A stretch of DNA of 64,000 nt from Camelus dromedarius (lineage: Eukaryota): positions 51,958,001-52,022,000 of the forward strand of contig NC_087436.1 of NCBI RefSeq assembly GCF_036321535.1, read 5' to 3'. Shown in pieces: positions 1 through 12,950 of this stretch; position 1 is the first letter of the stretch; the number at the start of each line of letters is the position of its first letter. Made by a program: the position numbers and the translations under genes. The notes under the pieces are model-generated. The model saw only the letters and a list, made by a program, of their open reading frames with translations. It ran no database searches and was not told the DNA's origin.

Positions 1-114
1 TGCCTCCTATGAAGACTTTTATGGGTGCAAGTATAAAGCACATTCACATAAAACAAAACAAATTCTGATTTTAGCAGCTTAAACAAAAAGGAAGTTAATT
101 AAAATGGTCTGGGG

Positions 115-285
115 CAGCATTATTTAATAGAACTTTCTTTGATGATGGAAATGTTCTCTAAATCTGGGCTGTCCGATATGGTAGCCTGTAGCCATATGGG
201 ACTATTGAGTGTTCGAAATGTGGCCAGTTCAACTAAGGACTTGGATTTTAAATTGTATTTAGGTTTAATTACTTTAAATTAAAAA
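115..285 (+). mobile_element. MER3 hAT-Charlie DNA transposon relic, 3'-truncated
   Basis: 'aatagaactttctttgatgatggaaatgttctc...ctgtccgatatggtagcc...agccatatgggactattgag...gaaatgtggccag' follows the recalled MER3 consensus. Confidence 0.85.
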
Positions 286-879
286 CTTTCAGTGTTTAAA
301 GGAATCCTTGGAATAACAGCCATTAATCTTAAGAAGGTTGGGAAGGAGCTAAGGATGGCTTTAGGGACTCAGGACTGCTTTGGGATCTCTAAAAGCAGGA
401 ATGCTGGACTCTTTAGAGTTGCTGTTACCATGATTCAGATGCTCCCAGACTATGTTTATCAGATCAAAATGACAACTTCCGGGGAGAGACAGTCTGTTTG
501 TCTTAGCTTGGGTCTAGTGTCTACCCTCAAATCAGTCAGCTGTAGGTTGGGCTGAAGAATTACAGTACAGGTGTAGGTGTGCTGCTGGTGGTGGGAGAAG
601 GAAGTAGGAGCCAGACAGCAGTCTTCAGAATTGTCTGCTACCTTGCTTAAATCATTTTACTCTGCAAGCATTCATTTTCTAAATTTAAAATACTCCAGTT
701 TTGTTAATTCACTCATATGGCACCTGTCTGTTTACCTTTTTTATTACAAATTAAAATAATTCGACTATATGTTGATAAAACTTTCTAAACTGGGAGACTA
801 ATTTATAACATGGTGTGGAAGGAAAGAATTGAACATTGCAGCTAAAGGCCACAATATGAATATATTAGTCAGTGTTCTC

Positions 880-975
880 TTTTTACAGGTAAGGAAACCA
901 AGACTTAGGTGTTGTGCAACCTCTAGCCACAAAATGAGTTGCCATGTTAGGACCAGATGCTTGTCTGAACCTCTG
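880..975 (-). mobile_element. MIR SINE fragment
   Basis: 'ttttacaggtaaggaaaccaagacttag' resembles the reverse MIR core (ttttacagatgaggaaactgaggctcag). Confidence 0.6.
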
Positions 976-2769
976 CTATTGGTCAGTTAAATATTAAACC
1001 TGGGTATTTGAAAACCATCCCTTTGCAATTCAAGTGTTTTTTGAAAATTCTTTTTTTTTTTTTATATAAAATGCTAAGGCTAAAAATTTGTGTAAAATCT
1101 GAGTAGTGCAGGTTTTGATTTTTCAAGCTTGAAGAAAGAGTTTTGAAGGAGCATGTGATATTTGTGTCATATGGACTTACACAGACCACTACTTCTTACT
1201 GAATGCATTTGAACCAAATAATACTTGACCCAGGTAAGTCAAAAACCAGCGGAAAGGAAAGACAGTTCCTAAGAAGACAGCTGATTCTATGGAAGTCCGA
1301 GTTTAAGGAGGTGTTTAGAAGCCTAAGATCAATGTGTTGAGGACGCCCCTGGGAACAGGTTTGTCTGCTCTGCAGACCTGTCCTGTTTCTGGAGTGAGGG
1401 GAATGGGAGGCTTGCTTTGTTTATACCCCTGCAGTCTCAGGAAGGGAAGCTTGCTAAGGTGCTAAGTGCCAACATACATTGACACGAAAATTATTGGGGG
1501 TGCAAAACAAACAGATGAGAGAAGGAATGGGGGTCAGGGAGAAGCATCCAGAGCAAGTTTGAGTCAGACACTAACTCTGCATGGGAGGACACCAGAAGCC
1601 CAGAAGTCAGTCCGACCACGGAGCATGTGCTGCATACCCTTCCTTTAGCACAGGTCGTGGGGAATTCAGGGCTTGCGTTTCCATGTGTTCTTCCCCACTT
1701 GATGCAGCCATCTGGGAAGAGCTCTAGACACATACCTCAGAGATGTAAGTTCTTCACTGCATTCCGATGAGTTCTCTCCATCACACTCCTCCCATCCTAA
1801 TCTTCGCCATCTTCTGGTTTTCACAGATAAGATAGAAATTTTTAAAATATATTTTATTTAAAAATTATTTTGTCCATACTTCCCCCAGTCATTTGTCAGT
1901 AGCCCTCTGGTATAACCTCATTACTCCATATTTGGCCTCTCACTAGCCTTCAGAATTAGGGCCATTAACTGTCACCACCTAGCTCTGGCTTTGCTGCCAC
2001 CAGATGGATGTGAAGTGGTTATCAGTGTGGAGACTGTTAAAAGCACTCCCCTCCAAAATAGGTTTTCGCAGTTAAGCCAAGGTTAAATGATTTTGGTACT
2101 GGGCTTACCTATGCTGAGAGAGAATAACTCCAGGTCACGCTTAAACTGGTCATAGATGAGAAGATAATAAAATTTTCTTGTTATTCTGTACTAGCTCTTC
2201 CCAGGAAACGATATGGGGCAGAGGGCTCTCCAAGATAAATATCAGTATTTGTAGATATGGAAAGACCCGTGAAGATGTACTTATCGGCTCTCTAAGATCT
2301 ACCTCAGTGTGTGTTGAACACAATTTCTGTTCCTCCTGTTTCCCTCCTCCTGGTTTGTCATTTGGGAACTTAGTCCAGGAAGAAACACCCTTGACAACTG
2401 GCAAGCTGCTTTGTTGGATAGAAGCATTTTCACTGACTGAGAAAAAGATGATTATTTTGTTCTGTAAAATTAAAACGAAGTTATGGAAGGATGGAAAAAG
2501 GAAAAAAGACTTTTAAATACAAACAGAAGTTTGTTTTCCTACCTGAGTTGGATACTGTATGTTTTGCTACATTGTCATTATTACATTTGATTCGTTTAAA
2601 ACCTAGCTGTGTATAGCCTAAACAACTTAAGAATTTCAGAAAGTTGTGGCAAAAAAAAGTTTCTTTTGGACCATTTCTCATCCATAGCCAACACAATTTC
2701 ATGTACCAAAAAGTCTAAACAAACCAAATTACCCTGTAACCTGCACACTTTTGTTTCACTGAGACCAAG

Positions 2770-3380
2770 GAAGGGTCTCTTCCCATCTTCCCTGGATCCC
2801 ACCCCTTTTACCTATCAGGGGACATTGCCCTAGCAAGTCCCTCTCTCTTTGGCATCATTGTTTTCCCTCCTTACTGGATCTTTCCCATTAGCAGAAAAGC
2901 ATGCTGTACTTTTTCCACCTTAAAAAAACAGTTTCCTGTGCCTATGTTCTTATCCAGCTACTAGCAGAATCCTTGCCTGTCTAAATGAAATTAATTTGTC
3001 CACAGTCAAACGCCTGCTTCCCTTTGTTCCTTCTGACTAGCAGTCCTGGCAGCCTTGATGTTCCTCCAACACAGAAAGCCCGCTCCCAGCTCAAGACTTC
3101 GCATTCGTTGGCACCTCTGTCTGCCATGCTCTTCTCCCAGATACCCACACCATCGGTTCATCTCCCCACCTCCCGAAGTCTTTGCTCAGGTATCACCACT
3201 CTTCACCCAACCATTTTTCTTAATTTTCTTTGCAGTGCTTTTTTTGGATATGCTTTATTATTATCTGTTTATTGTCTTTCATTTCAGTGACTTTTGTCCA
3301 TTTTATTCACTTGTGTATCCCCAGTTCCTATGACACTGCCTAGTCCATAGTAGGTGCTCAATTAATATATGTTGAGCAAA
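2770..3380 (+). mobile_element. L2 LINE fragments including the 3' end
   Basis: Pyrimidine-rich L2-like body ending 'gcctagtccatagtaggtgctcaattaatatatgttgag', the L2 3' terminus motif. Confidence 0.75.
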
Positions 3381-3679
3381 AGACCACAGGAATACTATTC
3401 CTATGTTGATGTTACAGTTTATTTCAGTGCCAGGAACTGAAAATCTGAAAGGGCTTCAATCGGTTTCTCCTTTGAGCCTTTGCTTTAAGATCACTTATGT
3501 CTTTAGGAGAGACAGCAGCCCCTGCCCTTAAAGGAAAATTTCCATTGTGTTCTTTCTCTTCTGCAGCTGTCTCTCAGCAAATTGCTCATCCTAGCTGCTT
3601 CTTGGAATGAGTCTCTCTCCTCTGAACTTCACTTGGCCTTCTCTCTTCCAGCTTGGCTTCTGTTCACCCAGCGTCTGCT

Positions 3680-3990
3680 TCATGACCTCACAGAGCTTGC
3701 CCTTTTTATAGTAAAAAGCCGGTGGTGATGTCATTCGCTCAGCTGGTTTCAATCAGGTTTCAAACTGAGCACATTTGAAGCTGGTAAATGACTCTGCAAG
3801 TTATCTTTTGATGGGGCAAACTAATTTCGACACAAAACAACAAGTTATATACAGCACTAGCCCTTTAGCAATTATCCCACGGAAGTCACAGGAATGCATT
3901 TCTTCACTGCTTACTAATGGAAATTCTAAATGATTGGTGGCTGTCCACACAGATGCAGTAGGATCAGTGTCTGATGCTGCCAGTTGTCTG
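3680..3990. promoter_or_regulatory. Candidate enhancer (CRE-like, ETS, TEAD, NF-Y motifs)
   Basis: tgacctca (~3684), tgatgtca (~3726), cggaagt followed closely by ggaatg (~3880-3896), tgattgg (~3931) in non-repeat DNA with retained CpGs; motif evidence only. Confidence 0.4.
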
Positions 3991-4154
3991 TTCACTGGCT
4001 CTTTCTCAGCTCCTTCCCTTCCAGGACTCCCTAGAGCATTTTTGTTGCCCTTACTTGATTCTATTCTCTAAATGTCGTTCCTCAGACCCTTTATGAAACT
4101 ACCCAAAATTCACTTCCCCCTTGTTTTTCTATCCCTCTGTTGCTCCTGGATCAC

Positions 4155-4175
4155 TTTTTTTTTTTTTTTTTTTTT
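4155..4175. repeat. Poly(T) tract
   Basis: About 21 consecutive T. Confidence 0.9.
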
Positions 4176-4660
4176 GGCCTTGCCATCTGTAAAAAGAAAT
4201 TGAATTGCATGTTTTATGGCCAAACTTTCTTCTTTTTTAAAATTGACTTGAAATCTAGGCACGCATCTTTACTCTTAATGTTGAATTCCCTACAATTCCT
4301 ATTGTGATAGATTGTTGAACAAACTTCTCTTAGTGAGGTGACTGGCTTGAGATTCTTTTATTCAAGAAGAATGTTACGCTCCTAAGTCTAATGCAAGACA
4401 TTTTACTTACATTTTTTAGTTGGAAAAATGCTTTTTTGGGGGGAACCATTCAGTTTTTGTAAAACAAATCGGTCAGATTTTTTAAGACAGTCCTTCATAG
4501 AATGTAGTGTATACGAAAAATAGTGACTGCAGAGTTCTTATAGTCAGAGCTCTGGAAGTTTGATAGCCCGTGGCATGAAAGGGCTGGTGTCAACAGGGAT
4601 GGTTGTTTCAAGGGAGGGTAGGGAATATGTAAAGTGAGTGAGTTGGGGGGTGTTTTGGAC

Positions 4661-4750
4661 AGGGGGACCACATAATTTATTGTCTAAATCAGGATGCTTT
4701 GAAGGTGAAAGTACTAGGGGCAGAAACTAGGACTGCCTTCTATAAACCCT
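4661..4750 (-). mobile_element. MER94 hAT-Blackjack fragment
   Basis: 'agggggaccacataatttattgtctaaatcaggatgctttgaaggtgaaag' matches the reverse complement of the MER94 end, and of the copy at 56821-56950. Confidence 0.7.
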
Positions 4751-5409
4751 GCCTATCACGTTAGTAGCACCTGTCAGAGTGATGGGTAGCAGGTTGACCC
4801 CTAGATTCTCAGGACCCAGTGAAGTTATGAAACTGTGAACACCTGCGTGGTGTTCATAATTTACTTCATAGCAGAAAGAGAGACTTGGTAAGCACATAGT
4901 TCAAGAGCCTTGAGGTCAGTATGGAGAGATCCCTCTCTTAACAGATGTTATTTCTGAATCACAGCAGGCGGGAGATGGTGGAGGAAGTGCTGGGGAAGGC
5001 ATCATGTTTCCCTCCAGGCAGTTAATGGCCCTAATTCTGAAGCTAGAGAGAGGCCAAATTTGGAGTAATGAGTTAATAGCAGAGGGCTACTGACAAATGA
5101 CGGGGGGAGTATGGACAAAATAATTTTTAAATAAAATACATTCAAAAAATGTATTTATTTTACCTCATTATAAGCTTATAGTTCTTTTAACATTGTATAG
5201 AATAAAATAAATGCAGTGTTGAATTTATTCCAAAACATCAAATTTTAAAGTCTTAATAAAAAGAGCTGTTGTTAATTGTTTAGAAATGGCTTTTCCTTGT
5301 CCATTTTTGTTTACTGCTATGTGAGAATTAAGAAGTGGGTCTCTCTCCATATTAAATGTGCACTTTTATGTACTAGGCAGGTTCACCATTGTAACTTGGA
5401 AAAATATCT

Positions 5410-5765
5410 GGTTCAGGGGGAACACAGGAGAGCAAGAGGCTAGGACAGGTGAAGCACAGAGAATTTTTAGGACACGGAAACTATTCTGTATGATTTTGTA
5501 GTGACAGATATATGACATTATGTGTTTGTAAAAACCCACTCAACTACGCAACACAAAAGTAACCCTAATCGTAGTGATGGACTTTAGTTACTGTATCAAG
5601 GTTGGCTCAGTTGTAACCAATGTATCACACTAATTCAAGATGTTAATGGTAGGGAAATTGTAGGGGGTGGGCAGGAGGTATTTGGGAAGTCTGTGACTTT
5701 CCATTCAGTTTTCTTGTAAATCTAAAATTGCTCTAAAAATTAAAGTCTATTAATATGTTTTAAAA
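5410..5765 (+). mobile_element. Old LINE-1 3' UTR (L1MC/L1MD-like)
   Basis: 'gcacagagaatttttagg...gaaactattctgtatgat...gacattatgtgtttgt...aaatctaaaattgctctaaaaattaaagtcta' is typical of L1MC 3' ends. Confidence 0.85.
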
Positions 5766-5931
5766 AGGGAAAATCCCATTTCCTAGTACACAGTGGATGT
5801 CTAATGAATACGGGTACGTGAATGTAAGAGGAGATGAATGAGGAAAAGAACGAGGCAACAATGGATGTGAGAATACCATTCTACATTTTTCTTCACACGT
5901 GTAGGAAAAAATAACTAAAAAAAGGACTAAT

Positions 5932-6060
5932 AAAGAAAAAGAATATGAAAATGAATGTATGTATGTACGACTGAACTATTATGCTGTACACCAGAAACTG
6001 ACACAACATTGTAAACTATACTTCAATAAAAATTTAAAAAATTTAAAAAATAAAAGAAAA
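5932..6060 (+). mobile_element. Younger artiodactyl-type LINE-1 extreme 3' end with A-rich tail
   Basis: 'gactgaactattatgctgtacaccagaaactgacacaacattgtaaactatacttcaataaaa' followed by an A-rich tail. Confidence 0.85.
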
Positions 6061-6829
6061 TGGAAAAAGTGAACCTCTGAAAAATTTCAGTGAAAAAAAC
6101 TGAGATGGCATAAGAGGAATTTAAATTTGCATTAAAGACTGAAACTATTTTTCAAAGTTTAATTTTGAGAAGAAATAATTAGTAAACTTTCCTTTAAATG
6201 AAGGTTGATACCTGTGCTTCCAGATTTCGTGAACTAGAGACTCCTTCATGAAGTAAACTACTGCTTATATATTTGACTGTGTCCTAGATATTTCAGAGGG
6301 GGCCCTTCTTTGGAGGTATTTTTTGTTTCCTTCATTGTTTAATGTGGTCAGATTTCCATAACACTGATACAAAACCTTGATAAGATGTAAATGTGACCTC
6401 TTTACATAACAAGCTTCCAGCAAAGAAGGTTGAAAGGCAACTAAGAGAAATAGACAAATGGACTTTCATTTGCATAATATTTTATAATTTGGGGTCTTTA
6501 ATGGAAAGAAAACATAACTTCTTTTGTTAAATTCTGGATACATTTTGCAACGACCTTGGTTTTTTAGTTTTACTGTCAATAGTATTAAGTACAAGTATGT
6601 TGACAGTGTGGGCTCTTTTTTTTTAAATAAGCCTTTTGTTGTATTTGGAAATAATGGTGGAAATAGCTTCCAATAATTGCTCTTTGGGAGAAGTGTATTT
6701 CCTCCAGCCTTATATCTTCTTTGCAGTGATCTGTAGGAATGTGAGTGGTGAAAGGTTGTCACATGTTGCCACCATATTTCTGTTGGATTTGACATGAAAG
6801 AAGATATTACTTCTCTAGTCTATTACAGA

Positions 6830-7160
6830 GAAGAGCAAGATGCAGTGAGAGCAGATGGAGGAGGATGCTCGCCTGCAGCCCTGAGGGGTCAGGGAAGGAC
6901 CTGCAAGAAGTGTCAACTGGTCAGGACCTGAGGGACAGTGGCAGTTAGCTATAGGAGGAGGTACAAGAGAGGAGGGGCGTGTAAGTAAAAGCACAGTCTG
7001 TACAGAAGCTTCGAGCTGAGGCTGAGGAGAGTTTGAAGAATAGGAAGATGTTCTTTGTGGCTAGAATATACACAGTTAAGTGGGAGGGTTATGAAGAAAT
7101 AATGAGGCTAATGAGGAAATAGGTTCAGACGAAAGGCCTGCAGGCCATGTTATGTAATTA
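6830..7160 (-). mobile_element. L2 fragment
   Basis: Purine-rich degenerate segment ('gacctgagggacagtggcagttagctatagg', 'tttgtggctagaata', 'ggcctgcaggccatg') like antisense L2. Confidence 0.5.
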
Positions 7161-8784
7161 ACCTTTGAGGCCTTTCAGTTTTGTTTTTGAATTTTTGAGC
7201 ATCTTGTGATTAAGAAATAAAAATGAGATATTAATGACTGATTTTTAAAGGTTTTAAATGCTATTTTCAGATGTCTTATCTAACATAAATTGTCTTACTG
7301 CTCAAAACGGCTGTTAGATTTGTAATAATCTAAATGAAACTTCACTTTAGCTTGATTAAAGTGTTTTATAAAGTGAAACAATAAATGAATTATATAGGTT
7401 GGATTTGTGGGAAGGAAGTCTTTCTTTAAAGACAAAAAAAAAAAGGTCCTTCTGAAGATATTACTAATATAGTAAGTACACCAAGTATTCTTTTTATGTA
7501 ATCTGTGACTTTCATGTTGGAATATAGTAGATAGAAGAAGGGATTAAAAGAAAAAAGAAAGAAGTCATATTTAAACTCTGAAAGATTGTCATTTCTAAAG
7601 GAAAAGAAATGGTAGATCAGAAAGTAATGCTGGTTTAGTATTCCTGAAGAATCAGTTATGCCCTAAATTACTGAATAATTCAGCAGATCTTTGATCTGGT
7701 TAGTTGAAATAAAATAAGTGAAGATTTTGGAAGTTGTAACAAAATAATAGCTGGGATGTCCGTCAATACTAACTGAGTAAAGACTGCAAACAGACTAAAA
7801 CTTAAACACATTTTCTCATCTATAATATTCTTTTATCTACTCTAAGCTGTGTAAAGAGTTATTCTGCAACTTCACTATGTAAAACTTTTTTTCAGGTGTC
7901 TAAGTTACTCAAATTTTAACAGATGTACGTTATAATAGCCAACTTTCTATTGCATTTTGGTCCAGGATGTTTTCAAAATTCATCCTTTTTTCCCCTCTTT
8001 CAGTCTGCAGTGTTGACAGGTTGTGTCATTCCTGCAGAGGTAGCAGCACCCTTAGCCATTTTTTTATGAAAGAATTCTTTCTTCATTCTGACCCTAGAGG
8101 TTTGAGTTGAAGCTTGTTTTTGAAAAAAGGGGAAATAAAACTACTTATACGTGGGACTCAGTTTAATGAATGTGAATTGTCTTAAAATAAATGAGTAATT
8201 TTAAGGATTATTTCTCTCTATTAAGAATAGAATCTGATTGAAAAAAATGTGCTCATTACTTCTTTAAACTAAGAGTAATGGAAACCCTTATGCAGGTGTT
8301 GAAAAGTTACAAAATATAATCTTGATTTAGAAAGTAACACATATCAGTTTGTATTTTCAAAATATTAACTAGTAGTATGATGCTTAACTTGACTGAGTCA
8401 TCAACTGGAGGATCATAATCAATATTTACAAAAATCTACCCACTTTGAACTAGGGATGATACTAACATCTGATACTACTTCAAATGATCTAAAATCAAAC
8501 TGGAAAATGGTATTTTGAAGAAAGTCTGAAACTTCTAGTTTCTTTTCTGCTCCCTCTCACCCCAGCTGTTAGCTCTTCATTCCTACCTGGGAACAGTTGC
8601 TCATTGTCCACCCTTTCAACTAGCTCTCTTGCCCTAAGGGAATGTTTAAAAGTATTTGGGTTACAAGGTGTTTCTCTATAAATAAAGTACATGTTGTGCT
8701 GTCAACAGAGTTTGCCATTAAGCAGATTTGATACAGTCTACCCATGGAGAGTGGTTTTGCTTAACAAACACCTCACCCTTCTTA

Positions 8785-8930
8785 CTCTGCCAGGCACTGT
8801 TTCAAGTACTTAACAAATACCAATTCATTTAGTCTTACAAGGTAGATAGTGTTATTATTCACATTGTGCAGATGAGGAAACTGAGGCACAGAGAAGTCCT
8901 TGGGGGGCTGGGGTTGGAACCCAGATTGTT
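8785..8930 (-). mobile_element. MIR SINE
   Basis: 'tgccaggcactgtttcaagtactt...cattgtgcagatgaggaaactgaggcacagagaag' MIR core. Confidence 0.85.
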
Positions 8931-9134
8931 AGACAATATAATCTTGTGTTGTGTTGCCTCTCCAAGTAAGAGGATCAGTACTAAAGAGAGGTATGCTCAT
9001 GGTCCATAATGTTGAAAACATTTTTTCTTGAACAAGCTTGTACTGAATAGATAAATGAATCTTGATAGGATTACTTTATTATCCTGTACTTCTTGTATAT
9101 TATAGGAGGAGGTAGTCTATCTCTGGAAGATACC

Positions 9135-9320
9135 CAGGCTTTGATGCTTAATAGAATTGGGTTTAAATCTTGACTGCCACTTGTTATAATTCTTATAAGT
9201 AATTATAATTCTAGGTAAATGTCTTCAAATATAAAATGGGACTAATAATACTTCATAAAGTAATTATAGTGTTAAATAAGGTAATGTGACAGGCCAGGTA
9301 TATTAAAGGGCATTAACAAA
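9135..9320 (+). mobile_element. MIR SINE
   Basis: 'tgggtttaaatcttgactgccactt...tataaaatgggactaataatacttcata'. Confidence 0.65.
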
Positions 9321-11507
9321 ACGGTGTGTAGTTGTATTAAGTGCTATGACTAGAATGATAGGAGGAGATCAGTCTAAAAACAGAGTTTCAATATTATCAT
9401 ATTATTGAACTAAGGACACAGAGTGAGGTATCCACAGACAAGTGTCAAGATACCTAACCTAACTTGCAGGTGAGGGGAGTGGGGTTATCAAGGAAATCTT
9501 TTTGAAGCAAATTAGGCCTAACTACTAAGAAAGAAAATGACATTCCTAGTGATTAAGTGAATTCATAATCATTCCATTATGATATTCTTACTAGGAATAA
9601 CTAAGATAATAGCAGTATGTTATATCTTAACTTTTTGTCTTAGAAAGGTAAATTGTATCAGTGAGCAACATGGATATTTGCTTAACAGTAGTGTTTTTGT
9701 CATTCGTGTTTTGTGTGTGTGTTTAACTTTTCCCACTATACTTTGGGCGCATTTTTACCCTTGTTTGTGCTTTAGCTAAGATGTGTCATTCCATGAAGAG
9801 AAGACTTTTCCGCTTAATAAACAGCAGGAAGCTGTCCACTTCCAGTGGTGCTGACTCATGCAGTAACAGGAAGACAAATAATGTGAAGATGGGTGGGGGA
9901 GGGATAAGATCCCTTTCTCCCCAAAAGGGGACAGATTCAAGCCAGACTTAAAAAGCAGTCTATGTGATAGATAAGTAACCTACAGGTCAAAAGTTTTTGT
10001 CCTTACTTATGGCATTTTTGTTTCATTCGTGCCCCATTGACTTACCCATGAAAAAACTGTTGCTAATGCTAACTGCCTTTTAAAGTTACAGTGACTTTCT
10101 CCAATTAGAAAGTGAATTACAGGGAATATCTTATATACACATAAAACATTAATTTCAACTTCTGTCTGGTGGTATGTATGTGGGAAAGTAACTAGAGCTT
10201 ACCAATCATGGTTGGCACCAATAAATTCTTATTGGTTGAATGAAAGAATTGTTGAATATAGATTTTAATTATACCAGGTATAATTGTCTAGCTAAATGCA
10301 TGAATTTTAAGCATTGGTTATGAGTTTATCATTGACCAAATGCTGCTTTTTAATTGTCGAGGTTTAGAAAACATATGGAATTTTATAAATAGAAATCTGG
10401 TGGACTTGAAAAGATGAGTGGGGAGCCCTGATTCTTGGAGAAAAGCGTGCGTGAGAGGTTAATTCTCTGAGGGACCTTGAGGAACCTGTGTAAGAAGTGG
10501 CAGGTAGATTTGCCAGTGGCTAAAACCAGCTGCCATCCCTACTCCTAATAAAATCGTCTCTGCCTACTTTTCATTTACAGAATTACTTTTGTTTTCCTTG
10601 TCTGCTTTTTATAATATAATGTGTGTTGTATGTTATAAATTTAGCCACAAAATTACTTTTTATAGGGAAGTATGGCTTGTTATAGGTAAAATGAGTAAGT
10701 TTTATAGTAAATTTGATAGGACCACAGGTCTTTCCCAATTTGAAAACCAGGAACTTGGCAGTTCTGTAATAAAGGGGTCTAACAAAAATTACTAGAATGA
10801 TTTTTACATGTAGTTTATGGAACTGTTCTTAAAAGCTCATAGAATCATGCTATATTTAATCTATTTTGGTGTATAAACTTTCAAAAAAAGACTTTTAGGC
10901 CATGATTGATTTGAATGCAAATGATAATGATACTGCTCATTAGAAACTGATCTTACCCAATTGTTAAGGCTGGTGTAGGGAATCAGCGACTGGACCAACC
11001 AACTTGTAAATTAAGAAATAAAAACTGAGTTAAACAAAGTGAGTATAAAGGTTCTTTTTGCCCATATGCAGATGTGCTTTTTCTAGGAGATATCCCTTAA
11101 TATATCCATTTAAATAGACTATGGTCTCCTTGAAAACCACCGTTGAAATCTCTTTGAGCATTGTGCATCTTAAATAATTGCAGGCAATTGCCTTATGTCT
11201 GTAAACATACTTTTAGAAACTTATGGTATTATCCAGGGAGCCTTTCCTTTGCATCTCGGAGTTTGAAGGAAACTCAGTTTGAACATCCTCATTTAGTACC
11301 TGATAGAGGACATTCCTCTATGCCTGGTGATAGAGCAATGGATTGAGACACACATTCATTAACAACAAAGTTTTTACTTTTAAAGTGAGTGTTTGGTTGT
11401 GTAAGTGCCTACACACCTGAATGAATGATCTGTGTTCTTCATAGGTCTCACAATGATGCTTCTTTTTATGCAATAACTATAGCCCCTTTAAAAGCTACAG
11501 CTATTAG

Positions 11508-11633
11508 GTGGGAGGATATAGCTCAGTGGTAGAGTGCATGCTCTGCGTGTACGAGGTCCTGGGTTCAATCCCTGGTACCTCCATTAAAAAATAAACAAAT
11601 AAATACATAAACCTAATTCCCCCCCCTCCAAAT
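11508..11633 (+). mobile_element. tRNA-derived SINE, vic-1-like (camelid)
   Basis: A-box 'tagctcagtgg', B-box 'ggttcaatcc', AATAAA repeats, 'acctaatt' plus C-run tail; degenerate TSD aaaagctacagctattag / aaaagttacagatgttag. Confidence 0.9.
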
Positions 11634-12499
11634 AAAAGTTACAGATGTTAGATAATAAAAGTACTATAAGCTCAACACATTTTTTTTTTCATTTTGGCCT
11701 TTCAATTTTAAAATTGCTGTCTTTTCTCAGTATTCTTCAAAGAATTTGACTGCAGCATAGTGTGCCCTGAAGCACATGAAGTGTGTTTTCCTTACTGTCT
11801 CACATGTTCTATGCTCTTAGCTCCATTTATAGGAACTCCTTCTCACATTTAACGAAACCTTCAGCAGCCAACTTTATGCCACAGAGATTACCATGGGAAA
11901 ATGAAAATTTACGAAATGTTAACATGTTCTTGGAGAAACCTGTGGCCAACTTCTGGAGGGTGGCTAAGTAAAGGCCCTTCTTCTATGGGAATGGCATTTC
12001 TGGAGTACCGCCATATTTAGACACTTAATCTTACAAGTACTTGTGTGTTATCGTTCTTCATGATGTTCACATTTAAGTGCTTCATTATGACAGCAGTGTA
12101 CTTTCTGTGTTGCCCAGCTGTAAAGCAAAGTGGATTAGCACCACAGCATGCCTGCATTTCCAACAGTCCAACTTAATGAGTGCCTGTTAATACCAGGATG
12201 TTTTCTGGGTTCTGAGGAGACAGCCACTAAAAATAATAATAATGCAGTAAAAATAAATATACGTAAAATTCGCTGTTTGCATGAAACGTGTACTCTTTTC
12301 CTTTTGATTTGGTTATTGATTCTGTGGGCTGTGCATTGAATGATAGTTATTGAACCCTTTTTGTTTGTTTGTTTAATGGCCCTTTTGTGTTTGATAGGAG
12401 GTGGCAAAAATGAATAGCATTTTATCCCTATCTTCATGGAGGGGAATAATGATTTAATATTGTTTATTTGAATCCTGGAATATAAGTTAGAGAGAAAAG

Positions 12500-12950
12500 C
12501 CTTGAATAATGGACTATGAAGAGCTAGTGAAGATGTAGAGCAGGACAGAGACAGGATTGCTGCTGGGCCTCTGGAAGATGGTTCTACCATCAGGGTATAG
12601 TGTAAATTATAATCTAAATTGTAACTAAGGCATGGTCAGATTTATGTCTAGCAAGATTTATTATAGCATGTTGTAGGCAATATATTGATAAAGGTGGAAA
12701 GACTAGTTAGGAGGGTTTCACTATATTATAGGTGAAAGTAAAAAGCACCCAGAGCAATATCCTGGCACCGAGAGATATATTTGGGACAAATAGTAGAAAT
12801 ATCAACTAAATATAAGACCTTAGGAACTGACTGCATGCATTAGGTGTCAGAACTGAAGGGGTCTTGGATAACCCTAAGTTTCTGACTTGTCAGCACATAG
12901 AGCAGTGGCCATAAGGAAAAATAGGAAATGCGAAGGGTTAGGAGAACAGT
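12500..12950 (-). mobile_element. L2 fragment
   Basis: 'aaagactagttaggagg...gaccttaggaactgactgcatg...cttggataaccctaagtttctgacttg' antisense L2 motifs. Confidence 0.65.

Noticed and set aside
5128..5160. AT-rich hairpin aaataaaatacatt ... aatgtatttattt
   Set aside because: Almost entirely A/T with a bulge; expected in such AT-rich DNA.
11510..11582. tRNA gene (also 31500, 34315, 42470)
   Set aside because: tRNA-like heads are followed by shared AATAAA/C-run tails, with TSDs visible for three copies and divergent stems; these are SINEs.
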